Part shown: positions 41,201 to 49,400 of the stretch, piece by piece | How the letters are laid out: every line of letters begins with the position of its first letter | Position numbering within the stretch: the stretch's first letter is position 1 | Source: Myxococcota bacterium | Lineage (GTDB): Bacteria; Myxococcota; XYA12-FULL-58-9; JALHOP01 | Assembly: GCA_041288095.1 (NCBI GenBank) | Contig: JBGGMJ010000112.1 | Span: forward strand, 146-64,145 | Reading direction: 5' to 3' | DNA: 64,000 nt | Translations under genes and position numbers: made by a program | The notes under the pieces: model-generated | Seen by the model: only the letters and a program-made list of their open reading frames with translations | What the model was told of the DNA's origin: nothing | The model's database searches: none

Positions 41201-44057
41201 GTTTGGCCTCGAGAATCACCGAGCCCTTGGTGACACCTTCGACGGCGAGCTCGAGATCGGCGGTACGCACGTCCGACCAGAGGTCACGGCTCTCGCTTGC
41301 GTTGGGCTCGAGGATGCTCACCCAGGCGCCGCCTTGCTTGGCGAAGACGCGCACCCGCCCCGTTCCGCGTTGGCGGACACGCAGCTCGCCCCAAGCGGTG
41401 TCGGCGACGTCCTGCGGTGCGCGCAGGACGAGGTTCACCAGGTCCTTCTCGTCCTCGGGGCCGTTGACCTCGTCGTCCTGGTTGTCCGGGGTGTGGTCGA
41501 GGTCGTCGTCGTCGCCGTTGAGGAAGGCACCCGCGCCGGTCGAGAGATCTTCCTCGTTCTCGTCGTCGTCATCGATGCTGTCGTCGTGGTTGGCGTCGAC
41601 GTCGAGATCGATGGTCGTACCTGGCCAGGTGCCCGCGACCTTGTCGTAGCGCCAGTGGGCTCGCTCGCCCCGCTTGCGAACGACGAGATGCCGGTCGGGA
41701 ACACGCGCGTCTTTGCTGATGACGACGAACGGCTCCTTGGTGACGAACTTGGAGACGACGGTCGGCGCATAAGCAATGCCTGTCGGTGTGCCGATGGCCA
41801 TGACGACGCGTGACGTCGAACCCTCGGGCTCGAGCTCGAAGTCCTTGTCGGCGATGTAGAACGGCCCCTTGTTGCCGCGTGCGTCGGTGACACGCGCAAA
41901 ACCAGGGTCGAAGCAGCCACGCGGAGCCGGCTCACCGATGTCGACGCCATCGACCACCCACGTGTCGTCGTCGGGGTCGTTGGCAACGCCTTCGTCGACA
42001 TGGGCGCGCACCGTGAAAGGGGTTTCACCTTCGAGACCGATGAGATTCGGACTGGTGCGCAAGAAGATGGTGGTGCTCGGCTCTTCGAGCTGGAAAGTGA
42101 GAGGTCGGTCGAGCTCGCCCACATACGGATACGGACGCAGGCGTGTCCCTGGCGTCGGGCGAACGTGCGTAAGCGCGAGGTGCGTCTCCGGGTCGTCGAG
42201 ATCGTAAACGTGGTCGATGTTGGCGCCGTTGCCGGGCACCAAGTCCGAGAGCCGGTCCAGCACGCGTCCGCGAAGGTGGACGGAGGCGCGGTCCTCGTCG
42301 AGGACCTGCACCGACGATTGGGGAATGGGATCGAGCTCGATGAGGGGGCGCGTTTGCGTCGCGACCGCCGGCAACGTTTCACGATCGGTGTCACCGTCGA
42401 GACGGGCCACACGCACGTCGGTGACTCGTAGAGCGTCGGAGCAAGTCGGCGCTCCAGGCTCGGGTCGCACGATGGCGCGAATCTGGAGATCAGCCTGCGA
42501 ATCGCTCGGCTGGATCCCCTCGACGTAAAACGTCGTGACGCGCCCGCCGCCGGGGAAATGCTTGGACGGTACGTACTCACGCCCCGGAGCGACGTAGTCA
42601 CCGTTCAGGTCGAGAGGTTGGACGAGGCGCTCGGCCTCTCCGTTCTTGCTCCAAACCCTCAGCCGCCCAGACGCTGGTGTGTGCCGCGGCGGACCCGACG
42701 TCGAATAGCTCGCGGTCAACGCTCCCGGATCGGAGGCTTCGTACTCGAACGTCACCGTCGCTTTGTCGAGGTCGATCGGATCGGGTAGCTCTAGGACCAT
42801 GGGCACGAAGGCCGCGCTCGCGTCAGGCGCGAGCTGATTGTCCTTGTCGATGCCGTCAGCCCAATCGGGCACGCAGTCGTCGTCCTCGTCGCCGAGGTTC
42901 ACCGGCACGATCTTCCCGTCTCTACAGAGATCGTTTTCGATCAGATCCTCGATGTCGTCGCGCTCTGGTCCGCCTTGGCGGCCGTCGTCGTCGGGGCGCA
43001 CCGTGTTGTCGCTGTCGATGTCGAGATCGATGGCGATGACTTTGATCTCGATCTTCTTGGACTTGTCCTGATCGATGGCCTGCAGCAGCGAGTCACGGGT
43101 GCGGATGGTGATTTGCTCGACCCCCGGCTTCTTGGGCGCGACGTAGATGGCGGTCGAAGTCCATCCAGGCGTGGTCGGGTTGCCATGGTGATCGGGATAC
43201 GAACCGCGCAACGCGCCGAACGTGTGATGCACCTCGTCCGGGATTTCCATGCTCATGGCGCTGTCGCCGCATGGTCCTTTGCAGCTGAACGAGTAGCGAT
43301 CGTTATCGATGCCGGCCGCGTTGAAGATGTAGCGCTCGCCCGCGCACACGTACGGGGGAATCACTGGGCCGTGGTCGAGAGCCGGATCGCGGAGCCAGGC
43401 GTGCTTGTGGTGGCCGCAACCGCACTCCTCGTCATACGGAAAACCACCGTCATCCATGGCGCCAGGGTCGGTGATGACGATGGTGCGAATGTGCAGCGTG
43501 TAGCCGCAAGCCGCGGCCAACGTCTCGAACGTCAGCCGGAACTCGACGAGAGCCGATGTGTCGTTGCCGCGACTGTCCGCGATCTCGGCCATGATGCGGA
43601 CCAGCGTGGGGTTGCTCGGCAGCGCTTCCGGCGGCTCGTAGATGATCGACGGGCCAGCGCTGTTGCGCAGACGTCCTGGCCCAATGAGGGTCCAACCGAA
43701 GGCGACGGGATCGGTGATCTCGAGCCACTGATCGAGGGCACACTCCGACTCGCCTTCGCGACAGCCGCAGACCGTGACCATGTCGTCCAGATCGGCACCG
43801 CTGATGATGAACGGCATGGGCTCGAGGCGCTCGATCGTGCGCGTCCCCGCTGGTGGCTCGATGATGGCGGCACTGATGCCCGCGCCGGGATCGATCCCCG
43901 AATCCGAAAAACACGCCCCTTGCAGCTCGGGCGGTGGCCGCTGCTCGCTCGGGGGCGCTGGGGGCGCCTTCGGCCGGCCCGGTTTCTCCGGCGGCGCAAT
44001 GCCACACGCGAAGACGACGCTCAAAAACAACGCGAGGCAAGGCCTCGAGAAGCCCAT
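38292..44057 (-). CDS. giant surface lipoprotein (1921 aa) with acidic Ca-binding-like modules, Ig-like domains, a LamG domain and a pre-toxin-like C-terminus
   Basis: Leader MGFSRPCLALFLSVVFACG, with the ATG at 44057. The track start at 44165 abuts the tRNA-Leu and is unlikely. Two D-rich modules (IDLDIDSDN..., IDLDVDANHDDSIDDDDENEE...). LamG_3-like block at about 39098-39533. C-terminal LPFVGSLRTLAQEAYKAASGCDEV...GLIGDIVTAGG is followed by a roughly 120-aa helical tail. Confidence 0.8.
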   Translation of the reverse strand: MGFSRPCLALFLSVVFACGIAPPEKPGRPKAPPAPPSEQRPPPELQGACFSDSGIDPGAGISAAIIEPPAGTRTIERLEPMPFIISGADLDDMVTVCGCREGESECALDQWLEITDPVAFGWTLIGPGRLRNSAGPSIIYEPPEALPSNPTLVRIMAEIADSRGNDTSALVEFRLTFETLAAACGYTLHIRTIVITDPGAMDDGGFPYDEECGCGHHKHAWLRDPALDHGPVIPPYVCAGERYIFNAAGIDNDRYSFSCKGPCGDSAMSMEIPDEVHHTFGALRGSYPDHHGNPTTPGWTSTAIYVAPKKPGVEQITIRTRDSLLQAIDQDKSKKIEIKVIAIDLDIDSDNTVRPDDDGRQGGPERDDIEDLIENDLCRDGKIVPVNLGDEDDDCVPDWADGIDKDNQLAPDASAAFVPMVLELPDPIDLDKATVTFEYEASDPGALTASYSTSGPPRHTPASGRLRVWSKNGEAERLVQPLDLNGDYVAPGREYVPSKHFPGGGRVTTFYVEGIQPSDSQADLQIRAIVRPEPGAPTCSDALRVTDVRVARLDGDTDRETLPAVATQTRPLIELDPIPQSSVQVLDEDRASVHLRGRVLDRLSDLVPGNGANIDHVYDLDDPETHLALTHVRPTPGTRLRPYPYVGELDRPLTFQLEEPSTTIFLRTSPNLIGLEGETPFTVRAHVDEGVANDPDDDTWVVDGVDIGEPAPRGCFDPGFARVTDARGNKGPFYIADKDFELEPEGSTSRVVMAIGTPTGIAYAPTVVSKFVTKEPFVVISKDARVPDRHLVVRKRGERAHWRYDKVAGTWPGTTIDLDVDANHDDSIDDDDENEEDLSTGAGAFLNGDDDDLDHTPDNQDDEVNGPEDEKDLVNLVLRAPQDVADTAWGELRVRQRGTGRVRVFAKQGGAWVSILEPNASESRDLWSDVRTADLELAVEGVTKGSVILEAKQTPCAAECSDEIVLRVVGWTLELVAGEPQVDAYDRSGVVEVAADNVAFDADGGEVELAVNLVALLRPDVALPSRVLPDDLTVDWEVRGPGSPQLWSGFSAGNGSTRLDDHPVKGAESLAILSFWHAIAGGKSAKAGDTFDVTVRAVAGDGQRLTASLAVRVVPGSKTYHVTNPTQPFRPGSLWGRPLSDVRRDWGASRFIAPVGSAEEATIDVYMFDRFLNPLEQGREVSWSIEGSGFLGATFDPNQPDDAVPVPEEAMRGLTDGDGKVSIVFKQTRYPSCPWQQTPALDPSQIVIATGTTTAPANGSVLEGGAPLPPVLGPLKIERKPLGTMTSGDLATFLAPDLLKRDRRRVQVWVYRESPSGGRVYLRNASVQFSSSNGRLAPLGGVVPTDAGGVASIEVTAESAKLGDVFVTASVGTVGAVASEPGMRWTTSSPTTIAIEHDVLASDGGSGAGGVVFVETLQDRGERAAHPWATEDDGLLGVPYYNETTVRLRGQPGHVHKVDVVDPTVWTLSSYYPFDTVLPGDLTPDIDGRNQGEVRGAVLDSGVTAEGQGSMRFDGSARVVAPAAPVNDLAGGMVFSLALRPAVAGNATVLQRPGQYALRLVRDPSGAHRLRFEIAGTAASVESPIDVPIGAWTRAEVYFDGRSLRLSVEPTGAARDGAFAILGAVAVPVSTADVDVGVGFRGHIDELRFVKHGGGESMFELVGLAADGTIRTDANGDALLIMRIDPNAGGPTVYGPVEARLVVSGSTQNEVTVTACPKSLWGHLVAAGKAFMMGTEGIGESPAWYERAAAWASEMLPFVGSLRTLAQEAYKAASGCDEVSMLNVGFAVLGLIGDIVTAGGASVAAGGVRAAVVTVSKRLLKQVADNVKDELASTAIAQFMEVTAKHLAGDSWPRWVAGAQSFVATLQTQAQNFGDDVMAGFSNVTDVFAWYHLHEELQPAAFDALMRRVVPLATELEGTTP

Positions 44058-44165
44058 GCGCTGTGCCCACTTTCCGCTGCGATTTCCGAAATACCCCAAC
44101 AGGGAGGGTCGGGACGAGGACCAATGGACGTCCGGCTCGCGGCGCGATACAGACGCAGCTGCCAC

Positions 44166-44247
<82 letters not shown>

Positions 44248-44285
44248 CTTGCCAGTGCCGCCGACGACATCACACTTTGCCTGCT

Positions 44286-44468
44286 ATGAATCGCGCCGCT
44301 CTCCTAATCGTCTTGTTCGCGCTATCCTCTTGCTGGTGCGGTGCCGATGGCCCGCCTCGGCCCCCTCGCGCGGAGAGCACCCTTACCGATGAGGACTTGA
44401 AAACCCGCGCCCGAAACACCGAGACTGGAGAAGGTACGGCGCCGGCGCCGTTCGGAGGTCCCCCGTGA
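44286..44468 (+). CDS. small lipoprotein (60 aa)
   Basis: MNRAALLIVLFALSSCWCG leader with a lipobox-like LSSC. The stop overlaps the next gene start (GTGA at 44465-44468). It is the in-frame tail of spurious track ORF 42975-44468. Confidence 0.45.
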   Translation: MNRAALLIVLFALSSCWCGADGPPRPPRAESTLTDEDLKTRARNTETGEGTAPAPFGGPP

Positions 44469-45160
44469 GAGACATGGCGATCGGCCCCGCGACCAAGGCG
44501 ATCATGATCGCCACGGCCGTCCTGACGATCGTGTTCCAGCTCACCGAGTCGCGATTCCACGGCTTGAGCCTGGTCGTCTACGACGTACCGGCGATCCTGC
44601 ACCTGCAGCTCTGGCGCATCGTCACCTATTCGTTCTTCTACTACGGCGGTCGCAACCTCGTATTCGGCCTCATCTACTTCTTCTTCATGGCGCGCTGGTT
44701 CGAGGCGACCTACGGCACGCGCGACTTCGTCCGTTTCTTTGCGTGGTCATCGCTCGGCGCCGGCTTCCTCGCCCTCCCCTTGAACCTGCTGATCAACGCA
44801 AGCGGCATCATCCAGGACGTCACCATCGGCGAGGCCCTGGGGCCGGCGAGCGACGCCATGATGATGGCGCTGGCGCTCAACAATCCCAACTCGAACATCC
44901 TCATGGGGTTCGTGTTGCCGGTGCGGGTCAGGACGGCGATCATCGCGTTTCTGTCGTTCCGTCTGGTCATCGGTATCCTCGACGACGGCGCCGCGGCTCT
45001 GTCGATGTCGCTCGCCGGCCTCGCCATGGGCTACCTCTTGGTGACCGGCAAATGGCGGCCTAACCGCTGGTTTGGACGAGGGTTTTCCCGGCGAAACCGG
45101 CCCCGGATCCGCAGCGGCTTGTACATCGTGCCACCCAAGCACGACGACACGCTGCACTAG
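44465..45160 (+). CDS. rhomboid-fold membrane protein without canonical catalytic motifs
   Basis: LWRIVTYSFFYYGG... resembles the rhomboid WR..T..F.H block, with Tyr where His is expected. The later GEALGPASDAMMMAL lies where GxSG would be. About six hydrophobic helices. Confidence 0.45.
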   Translation: MRDMAIGPATKAIMIATAVLTIVFQLTESRFHGLSLVVYDVPAILHLQLWRIVTYSFFYYGGRNLVFGLIYFFFMARWFEATYGTRDFVRFFAWSSLGAGFLALPLNLLINASGIIQDVTIGEALGPASDAMMMALALNNPNSNILMGFVLPVRVRTAIIAFLSFRLVIGILDDGAAALSMSLAGLAMGYLLVTGKWRPNRWFGRGFSRRNRPRIRSGLYIVPPKHDDTLH

Positions 45161-45188
45161 CCGATAACCGCCGTCGATAACGGGGGCC

Positions 45189-46463
45189 ATGGCTAGCCCC
45201 CAAGCTCTCTATTCGAGGTCCGAAGCCCACCGCAGTGGCGCGTCCACCGACTACGGTCGTTCGGTCAGCCAATACCCCTTGGGCGTGCTCTTCCCGAAGT
45301 GCGTCGGCGAGATCGAAAAGCTCATCCAGCACGCGGCGGCGGAGAAGCTGCCCGTCACTGTCCGCGGTCGCGGGCACTCGGTCTACGGCCAAGCGCAGAT
45401 CGCTGGCGGCGTGGTCATCGACACGCGTGACCTCAATGGCATTCGTTGGTCGGGACCAAACACCATCGACGCGCAGCCCGGCGCCTTATGGCTCGACGTC
45501 GCCAAGCTCGCGTTGCAGCGCGGACTCACGCCGCCGGTCGTACCCGATGTCGGTGTGACCCTGACGGTCGGTGGCATGCTCAGCGTCGGCGGTCAGGGCG
45601 AGACCAGCCACAGGCATGGTGCCCTGGTCGACAACCTGGTCGAGCTCGAAGTGGTGACCGGCCGCGGCGACCGCGTCGTCTGCTCACCGTTCCGCAATCG
45701 CGACCTGTTCGACGCCGTGCGCGCGGGCATGGGTCAGTGCGGCGTCATCGTGCGGGCGCGGCTGAAGCTCATTCCGGCGCCGAAGGTCACCGCGACGGCG
45801 ATCACGACCACCACCCCGGGCGAGTGGCTCGCTACCCTACGCGAGAAGACCCTCGCCAACGAGGCAGCCGTGACCGGCTCGCTGGTGAAGACGGCGGACG
45901 GCTGGCAGGGTCGCGTCATCGACACCGCCTTCGACCCGCCAGTCGTGGGCCCAAGCACCACGTACTTCCAGTATCTCGACCGCAACACAGCGAGCTACCA
46001 AGCGAGCGAGCGCAACGGCGACGTCCTGCTCCCGCATCCCAACATGTCGTTCTCCGTTCCAGCGGACGCCGCGCCGGCGCTCCTCGAGCGCATCTTGAAG
46101 GATCCCGAGATGACGTTGGGGATCCAGCGCATCAACGCGTCGTTCCATGACGCCTCGAAGTTCGGCGCCCCACTGCTCGCCAAGCCCGCCAGCTCGCACG
46201 CCTTCCAGCTACGGTTGAACAAGCAAGCGGCGGCGCCCGGCAGCGACGCCCACATGCGGATGCTCGCCGCGAATCGTCAGCTCATGACCGAGCTCCTGGC
46301 GATGGGCGCGAAGGTCTACTTGCCGTACGCTCCCCCACCGACCCGGGCGGACCTCGTCGCGCAATACGGAGACGAGCGCCTGCGTGCTTTCGCGGACATG
46401 AAGAAGCGATTCGACCCAGCCGGCATCTTGGGCCAGGGTGCGTTGGCCGCGCTGACGCAGTAG
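45189..46463 (+). CDS. FAD-linked oxidase (PCMH/FAD_binding_4, cytokinin-dehydrogenase-like)
   Basis: LPVTVRGRGHSVYGQAQIAGGVVIDTRDLNGI, GVTLTVGGMLSVGGQGETSHRHGALVDNLVELEVVTGRGD, and DLFDAVRAGMGQCGVIVRARLKL are typical of the family. Confidence 0.8.
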   Translation: MASPQALYSRSEAHRSGASTDYGRSVSQYPLGVLFPKCVGEIEKLIQHAAAEKLPVTVRGRGHSVYGQAQIAGGVVIDTRDLNGIRWSGPNTIDAQPGALWLDVAKLALQRGLTPPVVPDVGVTLTVGGMLSVGGQGETSHRHGALVDNLVELEVVTGRGDRVVCSPFRNRDLFDAVRAGMGQCGVIVRARLKLIPAPKVTATAITTTTPGEWLATLREKTLANEAAVTGSLVKTADGWQGRVIDTAFDPPVVGPSTTYFQYLDRNTASYQASERNGDVLLPHPNMSFSVPADAAPALLERILKDPEMTLGIQRINASFHDASKFGAPLLAKPASSHAFQLRLNKQAAAPGSDAHMRMLAANRQLMTELLAMGAKVYLPYAPPPTRADLVAQYGDERLRAFADMKKRFDPAGILGQGALAALTQ

Positions 46464-46469
46464 GCGTGC

Positions 46470-49400
46470 TTATTTGGCCCGGCGCAGCGCCATACCCAGC
46501 GCTTCACGGAGCTTGAAGTAGTTGTCGGAGAGCGAGAAGCGGAAGAGGTCGAGGGCTTCCGGGCTCTCGAGCAGCACCGCGGCGCGCTGGTCGTCGCGAA
46601 CGTCGTCGAAGCCGCGCAGCCGCAACACCGCCGCGATGGCGTCCTCGACGTCGCACGAGAGCAGCAGCGCCGAGCGGCCCGCCGTCGCGAGGCAGGCGCG
46701 TCGCCACTTGCCGAGGTCGAGCTCGCCGTAGCGGTTCATATAGGTCTTGGCGCGGTCCCGCAGCGCCGCGCGGATCTGCTCGGTCATGGGCTGCCCGATG
46801 ATGTTCGCCCAGGCGCCGCTCGACGGACCGGACCCCGGAGGCGTCGCGCCCGGAATGAGTGCCATGCACAACGCGGCCGCGAGAGCTTCGAGCTCCATCG
46901 GCGGCAGGCGCTCACAAAGCGTGTGGCCGCTCCGATAGAGCTCGGCGGCACGCGCCACCAAGAAGGCTCGCTGGCGCTGCGAGGCATCGCTCGCGAGAGT
47001 CGAGCCCAGCAAGATGGTGGGAGTCGCGACGAGCTCGGCCTCGCAGGCGAAGCCGCCGCCGCGCCACAAATAGAGGCCGACTTGTTGCAGACCGAGAGGC
47101 TCGAGCACCTTCGTGAGCCACTTCACGCGCTCATCCGTCGGCGCCAGCAAATCGCGCTCGTCGACGCCTCGGAGCTTCAAGTTGCCCGGGTGAGTCAGCT
47201 CGGCGAAACGGGCGAGCGGCGCGAACAGCTCTTCGACCGTGCCGAGCTGTTCGGGATGAACGAGGCCCTGAGCTCGGTCCGCGTCGGTGAGCGCGCGCTG
47301 CGGGCCCGGCGGCATGGCGTTGCGACAGGCCGTGACGAAGCGCTTGCCCTCGGCATCGTTCGGCGCGAGCACGAGGAGCGCGGCGTAGTAGCCGTAGGCT
47401 CGGTCGGTGTCGCCAATCTGGCCCGAGAGGCGCGCCGAGATCTTGAGCAGATCGAGATTGAGCGGATCGGCATCGAGCAACGTCGCGTACAGCTCCGCCG
47501 CCTGTCCGTAGCTCGTGGCGTCCAGCGCGTAAGTGTCGGCGAGTCGCCGCGTCATGGTGGCGTCGGTCGGATCGAGCTCACGCGCTTTGAGCATGAGCGC
47601 CGCCGCCTTCGCGGGGGTCTTGAGCTCGCGACCCACGACGTCGGCGAGCACTTGGTAGCGGCGGGCGCGCTCTTGGGTGTCTTCGATCTGCTCGATGTTC
47701 TGCTCTTCGAGCGGCGCCCAGATCGCGTAGTCGCCGGTCGCCAGCGCCAAGCGCAGGAACGTCTCGCGAAGCTCGCGTGACTGTGGCGCCATCTCGACCG
47801 CTTTGGCGATCAGTGCCTTGGCGCGCTCGGGATCTCCGACGTCTTCTTCGTAGGCGCGCGACAAGCGGCCGTAGAAGGCGGCATCGAGTGTACCTTCGGG
47901 CGCATTGGTGATGAGACGCTCGCCGACGAGCGCGAGCTTCGTCCCTTGCTTGGTGGCGTCGTAGACCGCGAACAGCTCTCGCGATAGCCCGATGTCGTTC
48001 GGGTCGATCTCGTGCGCCTTCTCGAGGTGCTTGGCGGCGCGAGCTTGGTCGTTCAAGTGCTCGCGATACGTGCTTGCGAGCGCGCGATGCTGTTCGAGCT
48101 GCTCCGACACATCCGTCGCAAGCGCGAGCTCGCGAGCTCGCAAGGCAACCGCGTCGGCGAAGCTGCCGTCGGCTTCGTGCAACGACCGCATCCCGCGGAT
48201 GACCGTCAGCGACTCGGGTGTGAGCTGGTACGCCGCCTCGTAGTGCGCCATCGCCTGGCGGCGGTCGAGGTGGCGCAGGGCGTGGCGCGCGAGCCTCTCG
48301 TGCACACCCGCGATCATCATCGGGTCGGCGTCGCTGCTGACGCTGTCGAGATAGCGGTGCCACTCGTCCGCGGCAGCCTCCACGTCGCCGGTCTTCTCGA
48401 GGAGCTCGGCGCGCGCCACACGAGCGTCGACCCGCGTTGGGTCGCGCTCGGCGATGCGCGTGGCCACGGTGAGCGCCCCCGCGTCGTCGCCGGTCTCCTT
48501 GAGCGTCTCCAGGAGCGCAAGCCACTGTTCGATAGGAGCGTTGTCGCCGCGGGCATCGAGCTGAGCCTTGAGCAACGGCAGTGCGCGCTCGTACTTGCGG
48601 CGAGCGTAGGCGAGCAAGCCGAGCTCGAGCTGCGCGCCTGGATGCTCGGGGTCTTCGGCGAGTGCTTGCTCGAGCGCGGTCTCGGCACCGTCTTCGTCGA
48701 AGAGGTATTCCTTCCAGATCTGGGCTTTGCGATAGAGGCTGTCCGCTTTGTCGGACGAGTCCTTGGCGCGCCGCGCTCGCTCGTCGTGCATGTCGGCGAC
48801 GAGCTGCCACTCGCCGCGTTTTCGGTAGAGGTGCTCGAGCGCCTCGAAGGCGCGCTCGTGCACTGGTCCGTCACCAACGCTCACGGCCTGACGGTAGGCT
48901 TCGATCGCGGGATCGGGCTCACTCGCCGCCTCGTGAGCTTGGCCCAAGAGGTAGAGCCAATCGAGGCGCTCGCTGCCGCGCGACGAAGTCGCTCGCGTCA
49001 GGATCTGCTCGCGCACATTGGCGGCGGACTGGACGACGAAGACCGCGCGATTGTCGTCACCGAGCTCGAAGGCAAGCTGGTAGGCGCGTCGTAGGGCGTC
49101 GGGCGACGGGTCCGGCGTGTCGATGGCGCTGATGAAGTGGCGGAGCGCTTGCTGCGGATCACCGAGCGCCATCGCGGCTTCGCCGGCCTCGGCATGCAAT
49201 GCCAGCCACTCTTTGCCCTGGAAGTCGTGAACGTTCGCGAGCCGTGCCTCGACCTCGCGGAGCACCGCCTCGCGGTCGCCTTCGGCACGCGCTTTCGTCA
49301 GCCGCACCCCGGCCGCGAAGCTGGTGTCTGGATGACGCTGGGCAAGCCACTGGGCGAGCTGCTCGGCGTCGCCGGTGCTGCCCACCCCGCGGAGCGATTC

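Noticed and set aside
44058-44165. Upstream start (44165) for the giant lipoprotein, abutting the tRNA-Leu
   Set aside because: The lipoprotein signal peptide begins at the ATG at 44057. The 36-codon extension would leave no promoter space and would bury the signal peptide.
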